DNA of 64,000 nt from a virus. Its lineage: Duplodnaviria > Caudoviricetes. The notes beneath the pieces were generated by a model that searched no databases, was not told where the DNA came from, and was given only the letters and a program-made list of their open reading frames with translations. Shown here in pieces: positions 50,722 to 59,282 of the stretch. Position 1 is the first letter of the stretch. Every line of letters starts with the position of its first letter. The position numbers and the translations under genes are program-made. The stretch spans positions 1,023-65,022 of IMG/VR virus record IMGVR_UViG_3300042381_000848; one strand, written 5' to 3'.

Positions 50722-51315
50722 TTAAATGTTATCTTGCAATTCGTCAATTAAATCTGCGATTTTAACCAATTGTTTTAGTATTACACTTTTTTCTGAAGTT
50801 GGTACATCGGGATTAGTAGAAAGATCTTGCATTAAGCGGTCAACATGATCTTCAAGTTTCTCAACTATCTCAGAAACATCTCCATTGGATTCTCTAGAAG
50901 ATTTACCACCGCCATACATTTGTGAACTACGATCAAATTCTCGTTCTCCATATTCATTTACAGATTCTGATTTGATTGTGAATTTTGTATATTTAGTATT
51001 ATCAGCATCACTAGGACTATTTAATTTAGTTGCTCCTGCCGCGGCATGTCCATATACTGTTCCATCTTTTTTTGTTAGATGTGACTTTGCTCGAGCTTTA
51101 TTAATATAATTACCATATTTTGTAGAATCATTATCCGCAGCAGCCGATTTCATTGATTCTTTTTCGTTACCATCGCCATCTAAGTCTAAAAAATCCGGCT
51201 TAGCGCCTGAATTGGCTTCGTGTACTGCTATAGCATCCTTAAGGGTAGGCAAAGATCCATCTGCCTTACGATCCCACGCATAACCTTCTAAAAGTGCTTT
51301 TAATTTAATTGACAT
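50722..51315 (-). CDS. Late protein with tag and a calcium-loop-like motif
   Basis: MSIKLKALLE|G; DFLDLDGDGNEKESMK. Confidence 0.6.
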   Translation of the reverse strand: MSIKLKALLEGYAWDRKADGSLPTLKDAIAVHEANSGAKPDFLDLDGDGNEKESMKSAAADNDSTKYGNYINKARAKSHLTKKDGTVYGHAAAGATKLNSPSDADNTKYTKFTIKSESVNEYGEREFDRSSQMYGGGKSSRESNGDVSEIVEKLEDHVDRLMQDLSTNPDVPTSEKSVILKQLVKIADLIDELQDNI

Positions 51316-51337
51316 TTTATTTTTCCTTTGTTGTTTT

Positions 51338-51946
51338 TTATTTTATATCGGTTGATTCTAATAATGTATATGAAAATTTATTTCCATGTATTTTAGCCGC
51401 TTTTCTACATATCGACATAAATACATCAAAATCCTTTACACGTTTAAATACTTGACAGCCTTCACTCCAATTTTCAACCCAAGTAGAATCTGTACCAGAT
51501 TTGTGGATATTGATACCAAACATTCCAGTATCTTTAAGTACTTCATCAAACATCAAATCTTTATTACCATCTCTCCAAACGGTAACATTACCCAATCGTT
51601 GACAAAGTGCATCATATTTACCTTGATGTTTATCAATAGCCCAAACACCTCTATATTGTCCTGGAACTAAACGTGCAACACCTTTAGCATTATGATATTG
51701 TTGAACACCTTTCTTGCCTGGATCCGATGTTGCCATCCAGCAATAATATTGTAAAGCACCCTTTTCATCTTTAAAAGACAAAGTAAGTGCATCATCAAAA
51801 ACATTGGTTACTTTTTTATAGACTGCAGGAGCACAATTTCTTACGCCTACAATATTAACATCAAAGCCTTTGTTAGCATCATCATTAAACCATTTATAGT
51901 TTTTTGATTCAACTGCCGCTTTGATTTGTTCTCTAGTATAGCTCAT
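51338..51946 (-). CDS. Putative endolysin, L,D-transpeptidase (YkuD)-like Cys peptidase
   Basis: GINIH...WSEGCQV His/Cys motif; late motif at 51961. Confidence 0.55.
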   Translation of the reverse strand: MSYTREQIKAAVESKNYKWFNDDANKGFDVNIVGVRNCAPAVYKKVTNVFDDALTLSFKDEKGALQYYCWMATSDPGKKGVQQYHNAKGVARLVPGQYRGVWAIDKHQGKYDALCQRLGNVTVWRDGNKDLMFDEVLKDTGMFGINIHKSGTDSTWVENWSEGCQVFKRVKDFDVFMSICRKAAKIHGNKFSYTLLESTDIK

Positions 51947-52040
51947 ATTATTTCTTTAGAATAAATATAGTACGTTTGTAATTACTAGAACGTTAGTGCG
52001 TCCTTACAGGTCCGCACAGGCCATTTTCAACGCTGCACAT

Positions 52041-52562
52041 TTATGAAGGGCTCACACCTGTTGAATCTGCGTTGCTACGACGAACCAACCACAATTCATT
52101 TCTACGCTGCATTGTCATGTATCCTGCGGAAGCAATTCGTGCCCAATTGTCCTTAACAAATGCAGCATATAAACGAGTCTTTTGATATTCTTTGTCGGAA
52201 TCCGAATCAGCTCCACTTATGTTAACAGACTCAGGTGCATGATTTGCACAAAAATCTAGTATTGCTTCTCCGGCAGTACGTATGAGACGCAAATAGTTGA
52301 GTTGTCCGACAGCACCACTTTTTGTATGCGATGTAGTGCGACCAGCAGTCAGTGCATTTGGATTACGGGTAGGCATTGTAAATGCAAAATACCATTCATT
52401 GTTTTCGCCATGTACCATTACGAATTCAATGTTTGTGGAATCGGCTGTAACGTTGCATTTCCATCGATCGGTTGATCCCATTGTTTGCCACGCAAATTGG
52501 GTGGCATAAGGTTGAACGGAGCCAAAGGTAATTTCCGTTAATATGTTGTGTAATTTAATCAT
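52041..52562 (-). CDS. Tagged hypothetical protein, paralog 1
   Basis: MIKLHNILTE|ITFGSVQPYATQF; TAGEAILDFC...QKTRLY. Confidence 0.6.
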   Translation of the reverse strand: MIKLHNILTEITFGSVQPYATQFAWQTMGSTDRWKCNVTADSTNIEFVMVHGENNEWYFAFTMPTRNPNALTAGRTTSHTKSGAVGQLNYLRLIRTAGEAILDFCANHAPESVNISGADSDSDKEYQKTRLYAAFVKDNWARIASAGYMTMQRRNELWLVRRSNADSTGVSPS

Positions 52563-53197
52563 TATTCTATTCCCGTTGCATCATATCGATTGCGTGACAC
52601 TATGTATAGTTTTCCGTTACGATCGAGGATGCGATATCCAGCGGCTGCTAATTTGTCGGCATTGGCGTGAAGCAGACCGCGGTATATGCGAGTCTTTTGA
52701 AGATCCTTACCTGCTTCGGTGTCAAACCCGGTTACATCCACAGCTTCAGGTGCATATTGGCTGCAAAAGTCTAAAATTGCTTCCCCTGCTGTTTGCAGCA
52801 CCCGCAAATAAGACAATTGGCCAGTGACATCACTTTTTGCGTGTGAAACCGTAAACCCATGTCCACCAAATCCTGGCAATGCTATGACAAAGGAATATTC
52901 CTCTCCATCACGTGACCAATTGGATTCCATTGCAAACTCTACTAGTACGCTATCGCATTGCACCTGGGTATTATAGCCATCGTGTTTGCTGCGCCACACA
53001 AACTGGGTCGCATATGGGGCAATGCTCCCCAAAGTAATTTCGGCTAGCGGTTCCTTGGCGGGAGTATTGTCATGGCCGCAGCGATGACACATGTATACAT
53101 CTTTACCACCATCTGCAATCTTCCATGGCCATGAGCACTTATCACAGTGAATGCGATGCTTGGTAACCAATTCTAGCAAATGTTTTAGCCGTATCAT
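52562..53197 (-). CDS. Tagged hypothetical protein, paralog 2, with N-terminal zinc ribbon
   Basis: Probable start 53197 MIRLKHLLE; CDKC..CHRC; PLAE|ITLGSIAPYATQF. Confidence 0.6.
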   Translation of the reverse strand: MIRLKHLLELVTKHRIHCDKCSWPWKIADGGKDVYMCHRCGHDNTPAKEPLAEITLGSIAPYATQFVWRSKHDGYNTQVQCDSVLVEFAMESNWSRDGEEYSFVIALPGFGGHGFTVSHAKSDVTGQLSYLRVLQTAGEAILDFCSQYAPEAVDVTGFDTEAGKDLQKTRIYRGLLHANADKLAAAGYRILDRNGKLYIVSRNRYDATGIE

Positions 53198-53198
53198 G

Positions 53199-53447
53199 TT
53201 ATCCCCGACGAATGTCCGAATCACCATGCTCATATGGTATAGTAATTACATCACCCTCATTTTGACCGCCCTTAAGCTTAAATACATAGTCCTCATCCGC
53301 TGAATTGTATCCAACAAACAGTGCAGGTACCCAATCACCCCATTGATGATCATATACTTCATACGTTTTACCTTCGGTGAAATCGATTGATTGTGTTGCA
53401 TCTTCCGTTAAGAATCGACGCCATTTTCTTAAAGAAAATTGTTCCAT
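53199..53447 (-). CDS. Small tagged protein
   Basis: MEQFSLRKWRRFLTE|D; AAAGGA RBS; late motif at 53465. Confidence 0.55.
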   Translation of the reverse strand: MEQFSLRKWRRFLTEDATQSIDFTEGKTYEVYDHQWGDWVPALFVGYNSADEDYVFKLKGGQNEGDVITIPYEHGDSDIRRG

Positions 53448-53629
53448 GTTGTTCCTTTATATGAATAAATATACCTTGGCACTAGTACTTGCCCGTAATA
53501 CACGTATAAGATGCTAGGGAGGCCTATATCCTACATGGGAGGATTGTATGACACCGTCATTTCCAATAAAGAGCACCTATATAGCAAAAAAATTAGGCGC
53601 TCGGGAAAAATCCATATCACCATCCACTC

Positions 53630-53751
53630 CTAGATGGGGTATTCTACCCCCTTAACTAAACCCTCCCCCACCCCCCTGTTTCCGGGGGGGCATCCCCATG
53701 TTTTTAAGGGGGGCTATGGGGCAGTAAAATAGGGGGGCTACCTACCCCCCT
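53630..53751. other. Non-coding G-run/C-run island ending in the terminator of the early block
   Basis: Dense G and C homopolymer runs in an AT-rich genome; minus hairpin AGGGGGG-TAGGTAG-CCCCCCT then ATTTTACTG at 53722-53751. Confidence 0.7.
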
Positions 53752-53774
53752 TTACTCTTATATATACAATATGC

Positions 53775-54071
53775 TTATGAGGCTTCTTGTTGTCTTATGC
53801 GTTCTACTATTATATCTGTGGCTGCTACATTGTCTGGTGCTTGGAAGTCTGTCTGGATACCTAGGTTCCCCATCAATTGGTTTACTGTGTTCCATTGACT
53901 GCGTAGCATGCTAGTCCATTTAGAGTCTCTGCCATGATCTCTTTCGGCCTTCTTTAACTCTAAGAACATTGCGGCTTCTGTTAATTGGATCTTGCTAACC
54001 AGGCTAGCTTTTGTTAGTGGTGTCTTCTTAACACTTACTCTAGGGTCTCTCTCTTTTCTCATAGTCTTCAT
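53775..54071 (-). CDS. Early hypothetical protein
   Basis: Probable start 54071 (MKTMRK) after AATAAGAGAT leader and promoter repeat. Confidence 0.65.
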   Translation of the reverse strand: MKTMRKERDPRVSVKKTPLTKASLVSKIQLTEAAMFLELKKAERDHGRDSKWTSMLRSQWNTVNQLMGNLGIQTDFQAPDNVAATDIIVERIRQQEAS

Positions 54072-54131
54072 ATATCTCTTATTAATTATTATACTTAAAG
54101 ATAAGGAATTAATCAATAGGATCCTAATCTT

Positions 54132-54329
54132 TTAGCAACTTTTTTTCAACTTATTTATGCGCCTTGTGGCTGAGCCATCTTTATACATTACCGAGAATAC
54201 TACGTCATGAATCATCTCATCAAGTATAGTTTCTGCTACGAAGCCGCTGCATCCTTCTTTCATAAGCTCTTTTACAAACCGAATCGATGCTTCAATTAAT
54301 TGTTGTTCTGCTGTGAGTGTTGTTTCCAT
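54132..54329 (-). CDS. Early hypothetical protein
   Basis: Probable start 54329 (METTLT). Confidence 0.55.
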   Translation of the reverse strand: METTLTAEQQLIEASIRFVKELMKEGCSGFVAETILDEMIHDVVFSVMYKDGSATRRINKLKKSC

Positions 54330-54396
54330 ACAATGTTTTTTTACAGCAGAAATCCGACGCATTGCTACGCCGGATACCTTATATAAGGAGATGAGA

Positions 54397-55335
54397 CTAC
54401 ATTGCTATAATTTGCTCTGCTATCATCATCTTTGGATTGTCAAAGCCCATTGCACATATTCTGGCTGCTTTGATAAAGCTTCTGAGGTTAATCTCCAATC
54501 CGTCAAATTCCTCATTCAATTCCTTCATTAATGCTAATGCTTGTTGCTTAGCAGCAGTCGGGATGCGAGACTCCATTTTGTCAATCAATTGCTCCATTCG
54601 GGTAAACATTTGATCCGTTGTCAAATCAACATCTGCTACAAAGCTTCTGCTTCGGATTGCTTCATCTAAGCGGCTTTGACTAATATTGCTTATGAATATA
54701 ATTCTGCCTGTGAATTCAAAATGACGAGGTACTTCACTGCCAAACTCATCTTTAAGCGCTTTGCTTGTTATATAAGATATCTTGCGGGTGTCATAGCTGT
54801 CTAATGCTCCCTTAAGAATATTAACTGCATCATCATCTCTAAATACAGAGTCACAGTCATCCAACACAATAATCTTGTCACTGTTCTCATATAAGGTAAT
54901 AAACAAGCCGGCTGCCGTTGCTCTACCTTTGAAGTGAACAAAGTCATATGACTCTCTTAAGCCCATACCTTCTAAGGTACCTTTTACTAGGTGAGTCTTA
55001 CCCATTCCGGCACCTCCGGTAATTACTAGTGAGGGTTGAATGCCTTTGCCTACCATCTTTGTCAAGCGCTCAATATTGTCAAACATTGTCTGTGGATCCT
55101 GCTGCTGCTTAACTTGCATAAAGGACATTTTCTGTGGCTGCAGTGCTACTCCACTTTGTGCTGCTGGCATTCTAGTTACTCGGCCGTTAAACCCTACAAA
55201 CAATACTTCATTGTTCTTCTCAGCATTTAATAGCTGGATGTGTCTGATAACATCTTTTCCTGCAATCTCTCCGTTTGCAATGTTCTTTCCAAATAACTTT
55301 CCTTTGATTCTAACCGGTTTAAATACATTTGTCAT
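54397..55335 (-). CDS. AAA+/P-loop ATPase
   Basis: GGAGMGKT Walker A, VLDDCD Walker B, IFISN sensor, AIRSRS Arg finger. Confidence 0.85.
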   Translation of the reverse strand: MTNVFKPVRIKGKLFGKNIANGEIAGKDVIRHIQLLNAEKNNEVLFVGFNGRVTRMPAAQSGVALQPQKMSFMQVKQQQDPQTMFDNIERLTKMVGKGIQPSLVITGGAGMGKTHLVKGTLEGMGLRESYDFVHFKGRATAAGLFITLYENSDKIIVLDDCDSVFRDDDAVNILKGALDSYDTRKISYITSKALKDEFGSEVPRHFEFTGRIIFISNISQSRLDEAIRSRSFVADVDLTTDQMFTRMEQLIDKMESRIPTAAKQQALALMKELNEEFDGLEINLRSFIKAARICAMGFDNPKMMIAEQIIAM

Positions 55336-55444
55336 ACTCTCTCTTTTTTTTTGTTTTTAAATTTATAACTCTTAATTCCTATATATAAAGATAAGGTTTT
55401 TTATGTTAGGATCCTAATCTTTTGGTAACTTTTTTTGCTTTTTT

Positions 55445-55621
55445 TTAAACTTTTTTTATATTCGAATCCGATAAGGTATCAACATGAATCTCTTCAATTG
55501 CGGCCTGAATTGTATTCAATGCGTCACCAAATAGGTATTGCATATTATTGTTTACTACGAATACATGCATTGCAACTAGTAATGCATTGGCGTCTTGGAT
55601 TTCTTTTTGGGTTCTGGTCAT
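55445..55621 (-). CDS. 58-aa early protein (not in ORF track)
   Basis: MTRTQKEIQDANALL...; promoter repeat and AAAATAAGAGAT leader. Confidence 0.65.
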   Translation of the reverse strand: MTRTQKEIQDANALLVAMHVFVVNNNMQYLFGDALNTIQAAIEEIHVDTLSDSNIKKV

Positions 55622-55693
55622 ATCTCTTATTTTTTATTATACTTAAAGATAATGAATTTATTTCAATTAACCTAATCTTTTGCAAACTTTTTT

Positions 55694-55834
55694 TCAGAAA
55701 TGTTTCCGGATCAATTCTCTACTTTTTTTATATTGGGCTGCTGTAATATCGCCAAAGATCCTATGAGTCTCTAACATTTGTAATGCTGTGGACTTGGTTG
55801 GCGCTGTTTCAATCATTTCTTTGATTCTCTTCAT
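55694..55834 (-). CDS. 46-aa early protein (not in ORF track)
   Basis: MKRIKEMIETAPTK...RKHF; AAAAAGAGAT leader. Confidence 0.6.
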   Translation of the reverse strand: MKRIKEMIETAPTKSTALQMLETHRIFGDITAAQYKKSRELIRKHF

Positions 55835-55899
55835 ATCTCTTTTTACGTCCGCATGGGCCAACATTGCTGCTGACCCTGGGACTATATTGAGAGATATGT

Positions 55900-56328
55900 T
55901 TACTCTTCTTGTGCGGCTTCGTTGCCTGCTAATATGTCTCTTTGTAATTGCTCTGCTTCTGCTTGAGCCTCAATGAATCCGTCTGTCTCAGGTTCATCCT
56001 CTTCAATTACAAACTCTTCTAATGTCGCGGTGATGTGCTCCATCAATTCATTGGTGTCAAAGTCAACCCGGGTTAATTCAATTTGGTTGTTATAGCTAAG
56101 CTCAAACTCTGCTGAATCCAATTTGACTAAGTCATCACAATTGCGGTCCACGCACCTTTCAATTCTCATTGCAATGTCTTCTGCTAACTCTGCTGACATG
56201 CCCAACACTTTTTCGATGCGCACTTCTGGATCCAGGCCTTGGATTAATGCAATTACATTGTCGATTGATACTACTGAGGTTAGCGCCTTTGCTCCCTCTA
56301 ACTGCGCAATTAAATCTGCTTTTTTCAT
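55900..56328 (-). CDS. Acidic early hypothetical protein
   Basis: 142 aa; AAGAGAGAGT leader. Confidence 0.65.
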   Translation of the reverse strand: MKKADLIAQLEGAKALTSVVSIDNVIALIQGLDPEVRIEKVLGMSAELAEDIAMRIERCVDRNCDDLVKLDSAEFELSYNNQIELTRVDFDTNELMEHITATLEEFVIEEDEPETDGFIEAQAEAEQLQRDILAGNEAAQEE

Positions 56329-56449
56329 ACTCTCTCTTTTTGGTTTTTAAATTTTGGGACTATTCCCTTATTTCCTATATATAAAGATAAGGTTTTTATT
56401 TCAATTATCCTAATCTTTTGGTAACTTTTTTTACTTTTTTTTAACTATT

Positions 56450-56716
56450 TCATCTGCTTAGATCTGGAGCTGTTTCGATAGTTGCTGCGCCTAACTCTAC
56501 AATAATGCATTCTTCGCCATTACCATCAATAAACTCCTCTACTATATGGAATTTAAATTCAAGTATTTTTGCCATTCTGTTTAGACAATCCATTTCTTGT
56601 CCTGCAATGATTACACATTGGCCTAACTTCTCTCCGGTTGGTCCAGAGAATGAATTATTCAATTCTCCAATACAATCAACGATCCCTTCAAATTCCCTTT
56701 TAGTGCACTTTTTCAT
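56450..56716 (-). CDS. Early hypothetical protein
   Basis: 88 aa; AAAATAAGAGAGAAT leader. Confidence 0.65.
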   Translation of the reverse strand: MKKCTKREFEGIVDCIGELNNSFSGPTGEKLGQCVIIAGQEMDCLNRMAKILEFKFHIVEEFIDGNGEECIIVELGAATIETAPDLSR

Positions 56717-56801
56717 ATTCTCTCTTATTTTTTATTATACTTAAAGATAATGAATTTATTTCAATTATCCTAATCTTTTTGAAACTTTTTTCAAACTTTT
56801 T

Positions 56802-56888
56802 TTAGCTATATTGGCCGGAGTATATTACTGCGTGCACTGCTAAGGTTACTTGGGTTACCATTGCTTCGAATTCTTTTTCTGACATCAT
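56802..56888 (-). CDS. 28-aa early peptide
   Basis: MMSEKEFEAMVTQVTLAVHAVIYSGQYS; AATAAGAGAG leader. Confidence 0.5.
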   Translation of the reverse strand: MMSEKEFEAMVTQVTLAVHAVIYSGQYS

Positions 56889-56893
56889 CTCTC

Positions 56894-56983
56894 TTATTTT
56901 TTACGGGTTAAACACTTAAGGATCAAAAACACATTGAGTACTAAACTCAGGTAAACTAGGTTGCTTTCAAATTCTGATAACAT
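56894..56983 (-). CDS. 29-aa early membrane peptide
   Basis: MLSEFESNLVYLSLVLNVFLILKCLTRKK; AATAAGAG leader. Confidence 0.5.
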   Translation of the reverse strand: MLSEFESNLVYLSLVLNVFLILKCLTRKK

Positions 56984-56995
56984 TGCTCTTATTTT

Positions 56996-57148
56996 TTAAT
57001 TAAATGCTTTTCGAATTATTACTGCTGCGATTATCGATAATGATATTGCTATAATCATTCTTAATGCAATGTCATCTACCAGGATCTTTGCTGCTCCGGC
57101 TGCCATTAATATCAATGGTACGCCAATTAAAATTCTGTGTTCTTTCAT
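56996..57148 (-). CDS. 50-aa two-TM early protein
   Basis: MKEHRILIGVPLILMAAGAAKILVDDIALRMIIAISLSIIAAVIIRKAFN; AATAAGAGAT leader. Confidence 0.6.
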   Translation of the reverse strand: MKEHRILIGVPLILMAAGAAKILVDDIALRMIIAISLSIIAAVIIRKAFN

Positions 57149-57250
57149 ATCTCTTATTTTTTTAATTTAAACTCTTAGGGCCTTTCCCTAATTGCTATAC
57201 ATAAAGATAAGGAAAAAAAGAATGCGAACCTAATCTTTTGCAAACTTTTT

Positions 57251-57424
57251 TTAATTAATTTGTATTCCGAAATGTCTACACATACGATCTACATCAATTT
57301 GGATATCACCCTTCGCATCGAGGTTTTCTGCCAATGCTTCAATCAATTGCTCGGTTTTCGGAGACTTGGCTTCTCTACTTACAATTTTCAATTTTTCAAT
57401 AAACTCGCTTAACATCATTTTCAT
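57251..57424 (-). CDS. 57-aa early protein
   Basis: MKMMLSEFIEKLK...; promoter repeat and leader. Confidence 0.6.
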   Translation of the reverse strand: MKMMLSEFIEKLKIVSREAKSPKTEQLIEALAENLDAKGDIQIDVDRMCRHFGIQIN

Positions 57425-57508
57425 ATCTCTTATTTTTTATTATACTTAAAGATAATGAAAAAAAGAATGCGAACCTAATCTTTTGCAAACTTTTTTCCAA
57501 CTTTTTTA

Positions 57509-58249
57509 CTACAAGTATTGCTCCAATAATTTGATGCCTGGCATTGCCTGTAAGCCTTTCTCTGCCAATCTAACCAATTGACGTGCTCGCTCTCCGGTAA
57601 CACCTAACTCCTCAGCTATCTGCTCCATTGGCTTAGCATACTCATATCCAATGCCATAATTCATTGTTATTGCTAAGCGTTGCTTCTCAGGTAATTGGTT
57701 CAATGCTCTCTGCAAGTCAAACAACAAATCCGATTTATCTCTACCTGACTTGGTTGCTTCAGACTCTAAGAATCGATCCGCATATGTTTCTTTGTTGTCA
57801 TCATCGCCTACCGGAGTATGTATACTTTTAATATACTGTGGTTCGGTTGATGTCTTGTGGGATGGGATCCTAACGACACGGGATAAATCATTTAATGCCT
57901 TTTGTATCTCGGCTCTGATATACCATACTGCAAAGGTAATGAATTTGACACCTTTAGTGACATCGAACCTTTCAGCTGCTTCAAACAATCCTACATTGGC
58001 AAATCCAATAAGATCTTCTAGCTCTAAGCCCATTCCTTGATATTGACGAGCAACTTGGATAGCGAAGCGTAAATTGGTTTCTATTAACTTGTTGCGGGCT
58101 TGTATATCGCCTTTTACCATAGCCTCAGCTAATGCCTTCTGATCCGTAGCGGCTATGTTAGACGCTTTCTTAATCTCCTTAACATAGATCCTAGTACTTG
58201 TAACATCTGTAACAATTGCACCATTTCCAACATGAATTCTTTTTTTCAT
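57509..58249 (-). CDS. Sigma-70 family RNA polymerase sigma factor (early gene)
   Basis: Probable start 58249; LIETNLRFAIQVARQYQGMGLELEDLI, FDVTKGVKFITFAVWYIR, region 4 MEQIAEELGVTGERARQL. Confidence 0.92.
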   Translation of the reverse strand: MKKRIHVGNGAIVTDVTSTRIYVKEIKKASNIAATDQKALAEAMVKGDIQARNKLIETNLRFAIQVARQYQGMGLELEDLIGFANVGLFEAAERFDVTKGVKFITFAVWYIRAEIQKALNDLSRVVRIPSHKTSTEPQYIKSIHTPVGDDDNKETYADRFLESEATKSGRDKSDLLFDLQRALNQLPEKQRLAITMNYGIGYEYAKPMEQIAEELGVTGERARQLVRLAEKGLQAMPGIKLLEQYL

Positions 58250-58356
58250 TCTCTCTTTTTTAAATTTATAACTCTTAATTCCTATACATAAAGATAAGCA
58301 TTTTATCTTTCGGATCCTAATCTTTTGGTAACTTTTTTCCAACTTTTTTAGCCCGC

Positions 58357-58548
58357 TTATCTTACAAAGCGGGGATTCAATTTTGCCTTAGCTTCTTGCT
58401 CGGCTCTATATATTGCATTTCTTTCTGCTTGTGCCATTGCGGCTTTAACTACTGCGTTGACTTGTTGCGGCTTGCGCGCATCAATTGCAAATCTACCAAT
58501 TACCGCATCTTGCTGAAACTTTCCTGAATTCTTTTTTCCAATTGCCAT
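58357..58548 (-). CDS. Early basic hypothetical protein
   Basis: 63 aa; AAGAGAGAA leader. Confidence 0.6.
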   Translation of the reverse strand: MAIGKKNSGKFQQDAVIGRFAIDARKPQQVNAVVKAAMAQAERNAIYRAEQEAKAKLNPRFVR

Positions 58549-58643
58549 TTTCTCTCTTTTTTTAATTAAACTTATAACCCTTATTTCCTATATATAAAGA
58601 TAAGCATTTTTATGATAGGAACCTAATCTTTTTGAAACTTTTT

Positions 58644-58970
58644 TTAACTTTTTGCAAACTTTTTTCTTTGCTTAGCAATATGCCTTTCCACTACAAATAC
58701 AGAATCCTGCAAATCCAATCGGCCAATTCCACCGCCTAATGACAATACTCCATATTGGGTTACGTTACGTGACTTGCCACATTTAACAGTGACCCAACCT
58801 ATTCCATTTTCACCACTGCGGATAAAATACTCCCGGCCGGTAATGGTGTCGGTAATTTTGAATGTTTCCTGCTTTTCCCGTTTGGATCCAGGATTCTTAA
58901 CAATTTCAATATTGATGCCTGGAATTCCATATTCCAATGCTCCTTCCGTAAAAAACTTTTGTAAACTCAT
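58644..58970 (-). CDS. Early hypothetical protein
   Basis: 108 aa; AAGAGAGAAT leader. Confidence 0.6.
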   Translation of the reverse strand: MSLQKFFTEGALEYGIPGINIEIVKNPGSKREKQETFKITDTITGREYFIRSGENGIGWVTVKCGKSRNVTQYGVLSLGGGIGRLDLQDSVFVVERHIAKQRKKFAKS

Positions 58971-59053
58971 ATTCTCTCTTTTTAAATTAATACTTAAAGA
59001 TAAGCATTTTATTTCAAATAACCTAATCTTTTTGAAACTTTTTTTAAACTTTT

Positions 59054-59150
59054 TTATTCTGATTTAAAGGTTAATAAATTCAATTACTACTAATGGTTGC
59101 TCTTCATTTTCTGATTTTATTCTCATTTATTCTGATTTAAAGGTTAATAA
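59054..59150 (-). repeat. Two copies of the 24-bp junction TTATTAACCTTTAAATCAGAATAA around a 20-codon mini-ORF
   Basis: Copies at 59054-59077 and 59127-59150; related copies at 59697-59715 and 61781-61805. Confidence 0.85.
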
Positions 59151-59280
59151 TTTCTTGTGGAATGATTATTTTGTATCTGTAAGAAGTAGCTTCATCAATC
59201 ATATCATTCTTTTTAAAACCTTCTTTTGCAACCTCAACTTCCTCACAACTTGGATTCTTTACAAACCACCTGACTATTTT
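59137..59280 (-). pseudogene. 5'-truncated paralog fragment of gene 59958-60575
   Basis: WFVKNPSCEEVEV...YKIIIPQE with no ATG before the homologous block. Confidence 0.7.
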
Positions 59281-59282
59281 AT

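Noticed and set aside
52041-53197. Diversity-generating retroelement template/variable pair
   Set aside because: Similarity is ordinary paralogy without an evident adenine-specific pattern, and no reverse transcriptase is present in the window
58250-58342. N-terminal extensions given by the ORF track (sigma 58342; also 54116, 54362, 53233, 50404, 2017)
   Set aside because: They run through promoter repeats, hairpins or upstream genes; downstream ATGs have better leader context
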